32,000 nt of DNA from Methanobrevibacter olleyae (GCA_015063035.1 SUTG01000015.1:8389-40388); one strand, 5' to 3'; positions 18,606-29,722 are shown, numbered from the stretch's first letter. Notes: a model not told the origin generated them from the sequence alone. Translations and numbers: made by a program.

Positions 18606-20030
18606 TTAACTATTTAATTGAGCTTCAATAGCTTGGTCAACTAAATGTAAGAATTGATCCTTAGCTTCATATGGTATCATAGCGCCAGCTGCTATATCGT
18701 GTCCACCACCTTGTCCGCCAAAGTTAACTGCGACTTCGCTTAACGCTTTGCCTAAATTAACTCCACGTGCAACCATTGGTCGTGTTGCCCTGCCGGAAAC
18801 CTTAATGTCCTTATGAAGTCTTGACAATCCTAAAATAGGCTTATCGTCATTCAAGATTTTAGCAGACATTCCAACACCTGCAATTGTTCCCATAATGCTT
18901 TTGAGAACCTTATCCTCACTATAGAGATATTGAATGTAATTCAATTGTTGGGCGCCCTCGCGGCTGATCCAATCAAACCCTTTAGTAAGGTCGTTCCTAT
19001 AAGTCTTTTGAAGATTGAGAGCCTTATCTAAAGCTTCCTCTCTTTCACCAAGAACAATGCTAAGCGCCAATCCATACTCCTTGTTTTTACCACAAGCATC
19101 CAAGATTGCAGAATACTCCTCTAAATTACGTAAGACTGGATGTTCACGAGGAACACTGTAAACATCCCCAAATATTTGAGGATTTACCTTTACAAGTTCA
19201 TCTTTAACAACATCCTTTTCCTCATCTTCCAATTCAATGAACTTAATGCCATAGGAAACTCCCATTTTTTCAAGAAGTTCCTGTGAGTTCTCCAAACTAC
19301 CTGTTAAACCAGGAAGTGGAGGATTCAATGTATAAGCAATTGATTTGAATAAAGGCTCTTGTGCTTTAGAGACTATCTTTAAGTCTTCATGGATTTCCAA
19401 ATTGCCTGCTTCCAAACCATCCTTCAAAATTAATTGGTTTACACCAACAAATCTGTTCTGGCACTGCATGTCACCAAATGCACCAATAAGCGCCATATAG
19501 GCCAAATGCTTTTTGTCCATGTCTCTAACTGACAAATAGCTAGACCCTGCACCACTTATTTCACGACTTCCGTCAACGCCAAATAAATGAGGGTTGACAT
19601 GAACGAGATTGTCTTTAGGTTCATGGGCGCTTGGCTGGTGATGGTCTGCAACAATAACATCAGCCTTTAGGGAATTGAGTTGCTTGATACAGGCACTGCC
19701 CATATCTGAAAAAACATACAATTCATATTTTTCCTTTGCAACATCCCTAATCACATCAGCCTTAAGGCGAGGGACAATAGTAATGTGGAATTGTCCTCCC
19801 TCTTCCTTAATGGCATTAGCTATAATACCTGCTGATGACAATCCATCAGCATCATTATGAGAAATTAATCTAATAATGTTATCATTTGCAATATGCTTCT
19901 TTAGCATATCACTAGCTTCACATCCTCTACTTAATAGAGAATCAAATTTTTCATTGTCTCTATTTAACGAGAAGTGCTGCTTTTGTTGGATCGTATCTCC
20001 ATCCTTCTGGTAATTGACCATTCTTTGCAT
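18606..20030 (-). CDS. Archaeal RecJ-like DHH/DHHA1 phosphoesterase (GAN/RecJ family)
   Basis: Motifs are [16 protein letters not shown] (DHH) and [13 protein letters not shown] (DHHA1). The start is uncertain. The longest ORF overlaps rps15 by 71 nt, and the in-frame ATG at 19907 ([22 protein letters not shown]) avoids the overlap. Confidence 0.8.
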   Translation of the reverse strand: MQRMVNYQKDGDTIQQKQHFSLNRDNEKFDSLLSRGCEASDMLKKHIANDNIIRLISHNDADGLSSAGIIANAIKEEGGQFHITIVPRLKADVIRDVAKEKYELYVFSDMGSACIKQLNSLKADVIVADHHQPSAHEPKDNLVHVNPHLFGVDGSREISGAGSSYLSVRDMDKKHLAYMALIGAFGDMQCQNRFVGVNQLILKDGLEAGNLEIHEDLKIVSKAQEPLFKSIAYTLNPPLPGLTGSLENSQELLEKMGVSYGIKFIELEDEEKDVVKDELVKVNPQIFGDVYSVPREHPVLRNLEEYSAILDACGKNKEYGLALSIVLGEREEALDKALNLQKTYRNDLTKGFDWISREGAQQLNYIQYLYSEDKVLKSIMGTIAGVGMSAKILNDDKPILGLSRLHKDIKVSGRATRPMVARGVNLGKALSEVAVNFGGQGGGHDIAAGAMIPYEAKDQFLHLVDQAIEAQLNS

Positions 20031-20358
20031 AGTATCTACCTAATCTACGGATTCTAGATTCAATGATAGTTAATCCTCTTTTACCATGAAGGTCTTTTGG
20101 GTTTTCTTCTAAGTGATCTCTGATATTTACTGCTCTTCTGATTAAATTCATTAAATCTTCAGGGTACTCTTCAGCCTGACCGTTTCTTTTTAAGATTTGG
20201 GTAATTTTTTCACCAGTGACTTCTTTTACACTAGGAATACCGTATTGGTCTCTTAAAATTATTCCGATTTGACTTGCAGATTTGCCTTCTCTTTTGAATT
20301 TTACAATAAATTCTTCGATTTCTTCGTTACTGTATGCGATCCATTCTGGTCTTGCCAT
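19960..20358 (-). CDS. rps15: 30S ribosomal protein uS15 (S15P/S13e)
   Basis: The ATG at 20358 has GGAGAGGA 5 nt upstream. The product is [71 protein letters not shown]. Confidence 0.9.
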   Translation of the reverse strand: MARPEWIAYSNEEIEEFIVKFKREGKSASQIGIILRDQYGIPSVKEVTGEKITQILKRNGQAEEYPEDLMNLIRRAVNIRDHLEENPKDLHGKRGLTIIESRIRRLGRYYAKNGQLPEGWRYDPTKAALLVK

Positions 20359-20648
20359 AAATATCCTCTCCAATAAGTTTTTTGATTATTTATAGTAAGG
20401 TCCTTTGTAAAATAATTATTAATGAAAAATCGTCATTTAAAACCATTTAAAAACGATTTAATGACAATGATCATTTTAAAAAATTATTTTAAATTCGTTT
20501 TGAAAAAATCTTTAAAAAATTACCAAAGCATGACCTAAATAAAAACAATAAGTTTCAAATTTCATCAATTAAACTACGATAAAACAGCCAATCTTAGATA
20601 AAATTGCCCATTCTAATATTGGTTAATTAAAAAATATTTAAAAATTTA

Positions 20649-21206
20649 TTATTCATCATCTTGGTTTACATACCAATTGATAAATTTTTCTAAAGAATTT
20701 CTTCTATGTGAATACTGGTTCTTCTCTTCTGTAGTAAGTTCTCCAAAGGTCTTGCCATCTTCCTCTATTATGAATAAAGGGTCGTAAGCAAAACCAAGAT
20801 TGCCTCTTTCTTCAAAAGCTATTTGACCTTCGACACGCCCTAAAAAGACCTTGGGCTCAGAATTGGGTGTGCAATAGCCAATAACTGACCTGAATTCAGC
20901 GTATCGATCATCAACTCCATCCATAAGTTTTAATATGTTTTGGTTTCCAAGTGAATTCTGTACAAATTTCGAGTAAGTTCCTGGAAAACCATTTAAAGCT
21001 CTTATGAATAAACCAGCATCTTCAACAATCACAGAGCGATTTAACTCTTGGCAAGCATATTTAGCACCGAATCTTGCTACATCCTCAAGAGTTCCTTGAG
21101 GTTCCATGTAACCTAAATCAATATGCTCAAGTTCAACGCCAAAAAGTTTGAAAATATTCTCTGCTTCTATTACTTTATGTTCGTTCCCAGTTATAAATGT
21201 TATCAT
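20649..21206 (-). CDS. Non-canonical purine NTP pyrophosphatase (HAM1/RdgB/ITPase family)
   Basis: 185-aa ORF with the motifs [19 protein letters not shown]-like FAYDPLF and SHRRNS. Confidence 0.85.
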   Translation of the reverse strand: MITFITGNEHKVIEAENIFKLFGVELEHIDLGYMEPQGTLEDVARFGAKYACQELNRSVIVEDAGLFIRALNGFPGTYSKFVQNSLGNQNILKLMDGVDDRYAEFRSVIGYCTPNSEPKVFLGRVEGQIAFEERGNLGFAYDPLFIIEEDGKTFGELTTEEKNQYSHRRNSLEKFINWYVNQDDE

Positions 21207-21270
21207 AGTTTTTATTATATGAAAGGTTATTTAATTATTTATCTAAAAAATTTTAAGAAAGAATAGAAAA

Positions 21271-22244
21271 TCATTTAGAATTTTTTATTTCCAAAATCTT
21301 TTCTAGAGGAATATCTAAATCATTTGAGACCTCTTCAGGGCTATGATTCTCTAAAAGCTTAGAAATTAAAAAGTCTTCTCTTTCTTTAGCTTCTTTTCTA
21401 GCTTCTTCCCTAGCTTCTTTTTTACCTCTTTCTAAAGTTACTTCCTCAAACTGTTCCAAGCAATTAGCAATGATAGCCTCTTCTAGAACCTCTTCAAAAG
21501 GTCTTTGTACCAATTTTGACATATTTAACACTTCCATAATAAATTCCTTATTTTTTGAATCCCTAATCTTTCTTCCTAACCATAATTCTAAACATCTTTT
21601 TGCTATATCTAATAATGAATCATCAGCAATGATTTTACCAAATAATTCTAAAAGTTCTAATAGAAGACCTTCTATAGACAAATCATTGTAAAATGTTGGA
21701 AGCCAAATGAAATCTAAAATATCATAAACATCCCATTGTAAAATGTTGGAAGCCAAATGAAATCTAAAATATCATAAACATCCCATTCATCTTGATTGAA
21801 AGTTTTATGTTTCAGATTATTAAGTAAAATATTGCCATTGACTTCTTGTGTAATAAACCACATAGGACTGAAAAACATTAAATCATTTAAACTATGCACT
21901 TTATTTACTGGCAATTTGCCAGTGTAAAAAATAAAGGGATCGACTTTCTTTTTAGAAGCCTTATGCAAACTTACACAATAACTATAATCTCTCCTCATTA
22001 AATAATCATTTATAGAGGAGTGATGTTCTATATTTATTAAATTCCCATTAGACCTTTCTCTTACAGAATCTAAATTTAGATTCTCAAATGAAGATGAGAT
22101 AACTCTATTATCATATTTATTAAAATTATCTGAAATTTTAGTGATGTAATTTGGAAATTCTTCAATTTCAGACATGCAAATAACAAATATTTCATCTTCA
22201 ATATCATATCTAAAGGGAATATGAAACTTTTTATCTTTTAGCAT
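21271..22244 (-). pseudogene. Rpn/PD-(D/E)XK putative transposase-like gene disrupted by a 50-bp tandem duplication that causes a frameshift
   Basis: ORFs 21714-22244 and 21271-21756 overlap, and both encode WDVYDILDFIWLPTFYN. Removing one 50-bp unit joins the ATG at 22244 to the stop at 21271 as a single 307-aa frame (924 nt). NLINIEHHSS..RRDYSY resembles the EhQS nuclease core. The C-terminus is Glu/Lys/Arg-rich, like that of ORF 550-1614. Confidence 0.7.
21684..21787. repeat. Perfect 50-bp tandem duplication (2 copies plus 4 nt) inside the Rpn-like gene
   Basis: Positions 21684-21733 equal 21734-21783 (cattgtaaaatgttggaagccaaatgaaatctaaaatatcataaacatcc). The 4-nt catt recurs at 21784-21787, giving microhomology at the junction. 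Confidence 0.95.
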
Positions 22245-22615
22245 AATATCAAACCATGTGAATTATTCCCCCTAAAAAATAAAAACCTTTCTCAACCATA
22301 GCTAATAAATAAAAAACTCAATAACCATTAACACCTAAAAATCGTTAAGAATTTTATTTTCATTTTTTTGAATAACACATATCCCTAAAAAATGTGTAAT
22401 GTAATATTTAATTTAATAAAAAAGATATATAAATCTTTCTTTTTAAGAATAAACATCAATTTATTATAATATTGCTTTAATATTGAAAAATTATAGTCAA
22501 AATCAAAAATTAGTTTAATATAGTAAACTATACATAAAAATAAGCATTTTAAAAATGAAAAAATTATAAAATTTTTGATTGGATAAATCAATAGAACAAA
22601 AATAATAGAGAAATT

Positions 22616-24295
<1,680 letters not shown>

Positions 24296-24366
24296 TCAGT
24301 TTATAATAAGTATATTAACATACATTTATATAATTTTTATCAATAATATATTTATAGAACAAAGTT

Positions 24367-24417
24367 AATTAATTTAATCAAGAAATGACAATAACTTTAA
24401 ATTAATTTAATCAAGAA
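24367..24417. repeat. 18-bp direct repeat (aattaatttaatcaagaa), 2 copies at 33-bp spacing plus a degenerate third copy, in the kae1/cobT divergent promoter region
   Basis: Exact copies lie at 24367-24384 and 24400-24417. A degenerate copy, aattaaattcaaga, sits at about 24432-24445, just before the cobT ATG at 24454. Confidence 0.85.
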
Positions 24418-24453
24418 TGCTTTAAAAAAATTAATTAAATTCAAGATGATAAA

Positions 24454-25518
24454 ATGATAGAAGGATTGAAAACTTACGGATCAGACAAACTTGTAAAAGA
24501 ATTGCCAGCCTTGAAAAACCCTATTTTTATTTGTACAATAGCTACAACTGAAACCTCTAGGATTCCAGGCCTCACTGGTGCTGGAGCTACTCCAGAACTT
24601 ACCAAATACACCCCTGCTGGAGATGCAGAGCTTATTTTGGATGGGGAAGTCAAATGTATGACAGACATCCCTCAAACAATCATTGGAGAAGTTGTAACTC
24701 CTACTCCATCAATGATTACAAAAGGTTCCCTTGCACTTTGTGACTGTCCGGTTATGGTATTGGATGCAGGAAGTGAAATCAAGGCAAACTCTGACGTCTT
24801 TGACATAAGCGAAGGAAAGCATGGGAAAGACATTAGAACAGGTGAAGCTGTGGAAGACCCTGAAGGGCTTTTTGAAAAGGGATTTGAGCTTGCTGAAATA
24901 TTATCTGAAAATCATGACTACATTGTAATCGGTGAAAGTCTCCCTGCAGGTACAACCACTGCTCTTGGAGTATTGGTCGGACTTGGCTATGATGCAAAAG
25001 GAAAAGTCAGCGGTTGCATGGACACAAATCCTCATGAAATGAAAAACGCTATTGTTGAAGAGGGATTGAAAAACGCAGGATTGGAAGAATCCAAAGACAA
25101 CAATCCTTTTGATGTGGTGAGGGCTGTTGGAGACCCTATGCTTCCAGCAGTTGCAGGAGTCCTTATGGGTGCGAAAGTTCCTGTCGTATTGGCTGGAGGA
25201 ACTCAGCTCACAGCTGCATGTGCAATTGCAAAGGCATTGGATCCAGACTTTGACTTCTCAAACAGTTGCCTTGCAACAACTGCATTTGTAGTGAAGGATA
25301 ACACTGCTGACATGCTTAACATTGTAGAGCAAATAGGGGATATCACTGTATATGCTGTAGACCCTAACTTTGAAATTTCCCGTGTCGAAGGGCTTAAGAA
25401 CTATACACAAGGTTTCATCAAGGAAGGGGCTGGAGCTGGAGGCGCTATGTTCTTGGCTCTTATGCTTGGAAATTGCATTGATGAAATCAGGGAATCCATT
25501 GAAGATGCATGCAGTTAA
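24454..25518 (+). CDS. cobT: Archaeal-type nicotinate-nucleotide--dimethylbenzimidazole phosphoribosyltransferase (CobT, UPF0284 family)
   Basis: 354-aa ORF. TETSRIPGLTGAGATPELTKYTPAGDAEL and GESLPAGTTTA are characteristic of the archaeal CobT/UPF0284 family. Confidence 0.7.
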   Translation: MIEGLKTYGSDKLVKELPALKNPIFICTIATTETSRIPGLTGAGATPELTKYTPAGDAELILDGEVKCMTDIPQTIIGEVVTPTPSMITKGSLALCDCPVMVLDAGSEIKANSDVFDISEGKHGKDIRTGEAVEDPEGLFEKGFELAEILSENHDYIVIGESLPAGTTTALGVLVGLGYDAKGKVSGCMDTNPHEMKNAIVEEGLKNAGLEESKDNNPFDVVRAVGDPMLPAVAGVLMGAKVPVVLAGGTQLTAACAIAKALDPDFDFSNSCLATTAFVVKDNTADMLNIVEQIGDITVYAVDPNFEISRVEGLKNYTQGFIKEGAGAGGAMFLALMLGNCIDEIRESIEDACS

Positions 25519-25546
25519 ATTATTAATTTAATTTAACTATATTTTT

Positions 25547-25672
25547 TTAAAAGAAGTAATCATTCGTAACAATTAAAACATTATCAATGCTTCTAAAAGA
25601 AGTAGTCATTATAACTGATAAAACATTACCCATATTTCTTAAAAGAAGTAATCATTCGTAACAATTAAAACA
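25547..25672. repeat. 46-bp-period repeat, 3 copies, in the convergent cobT / LSm intergenic region
   Basis: The 34-nt core ttaaaagaagtaatcattcgtaacaattaaaaca is identical at 25547-25580 and 25639-25672. The middle copy at 25593-25625 is diverged. Confidence 0.9.
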
Positions 25673-25766
25673 GATGTGAAAAATCTAAAAATGAATTTAA
25701 AAAGAGAAAATGGTCATAAAAAATAGAAAAAATAGATTTAAGAAAAATAGAAAAAGAGAAATAGAT

Positions 25767-25964
25767 TTATTCTTGAATAGAAATAAATGCTATTTTTCCG
25801 CCTTTGATAACTTTCAATCCTTCACCATCATCCAACACTAAGTTTAAAAAGTTATCAATGGTAATTATTTTTCCTTCTACTTCTTCCCAGTTTTTTAAAC
25901 CAATAAGAACATCTTTGCCTTTGAATCTAGCAAATTGTTTATTTACTTGGAAATTGTCACTCAT
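25767..25964 (-). CDS. Small Sm-like (LSm fold) protein, putative RNA-binding
   Basis: 65-aa ORF. The ATG has GAGG 7 nt upstream. DVLIGLKNWEEVEGKIITIDNFLNLVLDD resembles the Sm1 motif and VIKGGKIAFISI resembles Sm2. It is shorter than canonical SmAP1. Confidence 0.45.
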   Translation of the reverse strand: MSDNFQVNKQFARFKGKDVLIGLKNWEEVEGKIITIDNFLNLVLDDGEGLKVIKGGKIAFISIQE

Positions 25965-26088
25965 TATATAGCCTCATAAAATTATAAAAATTAAATAATA
26001 ATATACGTAACATATTATTTATTCTTAATATCTTATAAACTTATTTAATGAACTGAATAAAAATCATCAAAATTTAATTCAAGTTTAA

Positions 26089-26220
26089 TTCATTTAAAAT
26101 TTTATCTCTTTCTTTTCTAAGCTCTTTTAAAAGCTTTTCGTCATTACAGCCTTCTTTTTCCAATTTTGCTAAAGTGTGTGTAACAGCTTGCAATGTAGCT
26201 TCAAGTTGATTTACAGACAT
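26089..26220 (-). CDS. Small hypothetical protein (43 aa), predicted helical
   Basis: Below the ORF-track size cutoff. The ATG at 26220 has AAGGAGA 6 nt upstream. The product is MSVNQLEATLQAVTHTLAKLEKEGCNDEKLLKELRKERDKNFK. I recognise no family. Confidence 0.4.
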
Positions 26221-26391
26221 ATTTTATCTCCTTAAATTTTTTTCAAATTGAATTTCAATTAATGTTTAATTATAATTAATCTTATTATGTATCTTATATT
26301 ATATATTGTTTGTGTATTATGAAATAAAATTTAAATTCTGATTTTGATTTGAATCGATTGAAAATAAAAAATCAAAAACCCAAAATTTTGA

Positions 26392-27171
26392 TTACTTGCC
26401 ATACCAATCCTTTAAGGCATCCAAGTCATGAGCCATATCCAATATCAAAGGAGTCAATGTAGGCACATTCTCCTCTAAAAGGACATAATCATCACTGTCT
26501 TTAGGATTTCCTTCGTAAAAAACGCCGTCAATCCAATAATAAGGTCTTCCCCTTGGGTCTATACGCATTTCAACAACAGGCTCATACATTCTTGTAGCCA
26601 ATGGACATATTTTAGGTTCATAGGAATCAGGATCAGCTGGAACATTCAAGTTCAATATGTCAGCCCCATCTGGAAATCCATTGTCAATGACCTTTTGGAT
26701 AAGTTCCCTTAAGACCTTTTGACTTGATGAAAAATCAATTTCAATATGGCCCTCATCAAACTTTATATTGTCATCAGGAGTGTGCTGGCTCACTGCAATT
26801 GTAGGAATTCCAAGTGAAGCCGCCTCTGTTGCAGCGCCAATTGTACCAGATGTGGATAGTTCTCCTTTACCTGTGTTTCTACCAGTGTTGATGCCAGAAA
26901 TCACCAAATCCGGCCAATCATCCATTATTTCATAAATGCCTATGGTCACTGCATCTGTAGGAGTTCCAGTCACTCCATATCCAATGTCCCCATCTCTCAA
27001 ATAGACTTCATTCACCCTGATAGGTTCAACGAGAGTCAATGCATGACCGATTCCGCTTTGCTGTTTAGAAGGTGCAACCACACAAGTTTCTCCAAACTCA
27101 TCAGCCACTTGCTTAGCCGCTAAAATTCCTGATGCGTCTACACCATCATCATTAGATAATAAAATTTTCAT
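26392..27171 (-). CDS. surE: 5'/3'-nucleotidase SurE
   Basis: The ATG at 27171 gives MKILLSNDDGVDASGI, the SurE signature. GINTGRNTG and SGTIGAA are also present. Confidence 0.85.
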   Translation of the reverse strand: MKILLSNDDGVDASGILAAKQVADEFGETCVVAPSKQQSGIGHALTLVEPIRVNEVYLRDGDIGYGVTGTPTDAVTIGIYEIMDDWPDLVISGINTGRNTGKGELSTSGTIGAATEAASLGIPTIAVSQHTPDDNIKFDEGHIEIDFSSSQKVLRELIQKVIDNGFPDGADILNLNVPADPDSYEPKICPLATRMYEPVVEMRIDPRGRPYYWIDGVFYEGNPKDSDDYVLLEENVPTLTPLILDMAHDLDALKDWYGK

Positions 27172-27244
27172 ATGAATCAACAAACAATAAAAATTAGAAA
27201 ATATCGATTGAATAAATTTCCCCTAGAATTTAAAATGTGAAAGA

Positions 27245-27279
27245 ATAAAAAAAGAAGCTAATTTAAAAAAACATTAGCT
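27245..27279 (-). terminator. Hairpin plus T-tract terminator after thyA
   Basis: Stem agctaat (27256-27262) pairs with attagct (27273-27279). On the minus strand it is followed by TCTTTTTTTATTC. It lies 7 nt after the thyA stop. Confidence 0.5.
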
Positions 27280-27285
27280 CTAAGA

Positions 27286-27984
27286 TTATTTATTTGCAGA
27301 AATCAATCTTCTGGCCGCTCTCATATCATTGCTGTATATGTGGCCGGAAGTGGAATGGTAATGAAGACCGCCAAAGTTTAGTTTATCCCCCATTATTTCC
27401 TTATTGACTTCCTCTTTCATTTTGATTCCAATATATGTTATGAAGAACATGTTGGAATAAAATGCTCCAAAAATGTCATTGGAACGGAAGAAGCAGTGAA
27501 TGGTTAATTCTCCATCCCTAACAAGAATCTGCAAGACTTGCAAGCATGGAATGTCTTCCCTATCCCCATCCAATGCAGGGTCAATTGTAACTGCCACTGC
27601 ACGATTACTTCCTGTAGCTGTTAGGATTCTTTGCTTCATGGTTTCAAATTGGTCTACACCAAAATGTTCCAAGATACGATTAGGATAAGTGTAAACAAAA
27701 CCTTGATCATCCCTTATTTCAAAGGATTTGACATATTCATACAATGCATCTCCCTTGATAGGACATGAAGGAATATCAAATTTTCCGCTTTTAATCTCTT
27801 CCAACATCAATTCAGGAGTCATGTGTTGATATTTAGCCCTGAATTTTAAATCCAATGGATCATCAATATAATAATAATTACCAAGACTTTCCTTTAAATG
27901 ATGATCGCTATCCTTATATGTTTCCTTTCCTTCTTTTAAGATTTTATCAACAAAATCCAAGTAACATTGACCAATAGATAACAT
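27286..27984 (-). CDS. thyA: Thymidylate synthase (archaeal ThyA-type)
   Basis: 232-aa ORF. The catalytic Cys is in DIPCLQVLQILV. FFRSNDIFGAFYSN matches the RS.D..G..N box. Y..F+DKILKEG at the N-terminus is ThyA-like. Confidence 0.7.
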   Translation of the reverse strand: MLSIGQCYLDFVDKILKEGKETYKDSDHHLKESLGNYYYIDDPLDLKFRAKYQHMTPELMLEEIKSGKFDIPSCPIKGDALYEYVKSFEIRDDQGFVYTYPNRILEHFGVDQFETMKQRILTATGSNRAVAVTIDPALDGDREDIPCLQVLQILVRDGELTIHCFFRSNDIFGAFYSNMFFITYIGIKMKEEVNKEIMGDKLNFGGLHYHSTSGHIYSNDMRAARRLISANK

Positions 27985-28212
27985 AATAAACGATTCCTTA
28001 AAATTATAATTAAAAATAATCTAAATCTTTTAAAAAATTCAATAGTTTTTTAGATTATATAACTAATATTAGTATATATTTTCATGATTATAAATATTAT
28101 GAAAAAATTTGAAAAAATTATAAAAATTCATTAATTTAGAGAAAATTTTGATAAAAATTATATATTGAGAAAATATAAATATATTATATTAAAATTAAGA
28201 TAAGGTGAAACC

Positions 28213-29346
28213 GTGGAAAAGCCACAATTAGTGAATTTTATTGCTAAAGTTCTTGAGGATTCTGGCTTTAAAGTTTATAAAAATTTTAAGACATCCCAAC
28301 AGGTTGTAGACATTTATGCAATCCTTCAAACATCCATGGGGGATTTTGGTTTAGTGGTTGCATGTAAAAACTATGATAAGGATTGGGAAGTAGGAATCGA
28401 TGTTTTAAAGGAAATGGAAGTGCTCGGTAAAAAGCTTAGAGCTTCCAAGGTTGCTGTTGTAACCAGTTCCGGTTTTTCATCTCAAGCAAAAAGATATGCT
28501 GAAGAGAGGAAGATAAAGCTTATAGACAGAAACAACCTTGTCACTTTAGCTAAAAAATATTCAAATAAAAACAAGGAAACTAAGGCAAGATTAGACCGTG
28601 GAGCAAACAGATTAACAGACATTGATAGCGATTCATTCTATCATAGAGATGTTAGCAGAGAATATATTGACAATACATCAAATTATAATAGCGAATATGA
28701 TGATGACAAGTCATATAACAGGCTTCAAGGTGCTTATGAAACTTATGAGGAATTCTCTGAAGACATGGAATATTACGAGGATGAAGTTGGCGGATTGGAA
28801 TTGAGTCATTACAGTGAATATGATGATGACCTTTACCGTGCCGAGTTCTTAAATAAAACTCCTAGAGACAACTATTCCGGCCCAAGTGCTACACTATTTG
28901 CAAATCGTCAGCAACAAACTCAAAGAAGGAGAAGCGTACCTTCCCTTTCAGGAAATAGAAGAGCCGGATCTCTTAGCCAAAGAAGCAATAGGCCTACAAA
29001 CAATCATAGCTTCTTCTCATCTTCTGATAATGCCTTAAGTAATTTTGGCGGACATGTCCCTCAAAAGCCAAGCAAGCCATGGGGAGAGATTATAAAACCT
29101 ATATTAAGCAACCCTATAGCATCTGTTGCTGTGGTAGTCATTATTTCATATTTAATTGGATTTATCCTTGGAAAAATAATAAAAGTGCCTACAGGATACT
29201 TAGGTATTGCTGAACTATTTATGGCATTGATATTGTCTTATGGCATTGTATTGTATTCAGACAAAGAAGCGGATGTTATAGTGAAAGGATCAATCGTGTT
29301 CTTTATCTCATTAGTGATAATCATGATATTGATTGTTGCTTTCTAG
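28213..29346 (+). CDS. Membrane-anchored Mrr-cat-like (restriction endonuclease fold) protein with a long disordered linker
   Basis: The GTG start has AGGTGA 5 nt upstream. Residues 1-115 follow the Mrr_cat layout: FIAKVLEDSGFKV..VVDIYA..GLVVACKNY..KVAVVTSSGFSSQAKRYAEERKIKLIDRNNLVTLA. About 170 residues rich in Y/D/E and then R/S/Q/N follow. Three predicted C-terminal TM helices are PIASVAVVVIISYLIGFILG, LGIAELFMALILSYGIVLY and SIVFFISLVIIMILIVAF. Confidence 0.6.
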   Translation: MEKPQLVNFIAKVLEDSGFKVYKNFKTSQQVVDIYAILQTSMGDFGLVVACKNYDKDWEVGIDVLKEMEVLGKKLRASKVAVVTSSGFSSQAKRYAEERKIKLIDRNNLVTLAKKYSNKNKETKARLDRGANRLTDIDSDSFYHRDVSREYIDNTSNYNSEYDDDKSYNRLQGAYETYEEFSEDMEYYEDEVGGLELSHYSEYDDDLYRAEFLNKTPRDNYSGPSATLFANRQQQTQRRRSVPSLSGNRRAGSLSQRSNRPTNNHSFFSSSDNALSNFGGHVPQKPSKPWGEIIKPILSNPIASVAVVVIISYLIGFILGKIIKVPTGYLGIAELFMALILSYGIVLYSDKEADVIVKGSIVFFISLVIIMILIVAF

Positions 29347-29540
29347 ATTAGTGCTTTTACACAAAAAGAGTTTCAACCAAATCTTAATTTAATTTTTAAA
29401 CCACCATTTTTTCTTTTTTTTTATTCATTTTAATTCTATTTAAAAATACTTTTTTTATATTTTTTCTTAACAGATTTTTAAATTTAGTTTTTTAAAAAAA
29501 AATATTATTCTATAATCAACGAACTGATTAATGGAAATTA

Positions 29541-29634
29541 AAAATAACTGATTTAAGAAAAAAATGAATGAAAAAATATTGAAAATAAAAATAGCTGATT
29601 TAAGAAAAAAATGAATGAAGAAATATTGAAAATA
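29541..29634. repeat. 47-bp tandem duplication with 2 mismatches, 3' of the tRNA pair
   Basis: aaaataRctgatttaagaaaaaaatgaatgaaRaaatattgaaaat lies at 29541-29587 and 29588-29634. It is T-rich on the tRNA strand. Confidence 0.9.
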
Positions 29635-29650
29635 AAAAAAAGTTGAGAAG

Positions 29651-29722
29651 TGGTTCCGACGAGATTCGAACTCGTGATCCTCTCGTTGTAAGCGAGATAT
29701 CATACCCCTAGACCACGGAACC
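29651..29722 (-). tRNA. tRNA-Val: tRNA-Val (anticodon UAC), copy 1
   Basis: The minus-strand sequence is GGTTCCGTGGTCTAGGGGTATGATATCTCGCTTACAACGAGAGGATCACGAGTTCGAATCTCGTCGGAACCA. The acceptor stem is 7 bp. The anticodon stem TCTCG/CGAGA encloses the loop CTTACAA. The T arm is ACGAG-TTCGAAT-CTCGT. No CCA is encoded. Confidence 0.9.

Noticed and set aside
21684-21787. Programmed ribosomal frameshift joining the two Rpn-like ORFs
   Set aside because: The overlap is fully explained by an exact 50-bp duplication, with the same 17 aa encoded twice. No slippery heptamer or pseudoknot is needed.
22385-22591. 68-aa ORF in the gap between the Rpn-like pseudogene and kae1
   Set aside because: It lies in extremely AT-rich DNA. 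The I/F/K/L/Y composition is what non-coding sequence would give. It has no ribosome-binding site and no recognisable motif.
25547-25672. Possible mini-CRISPR array formed by the regularly spaced 34-nt repeats
   Set aside because: There are only three copies and the middle one is diverged. The spacers are only about 12-13 nt. The repeat has no palindromic core, and no cas genes or leader are present in the window.
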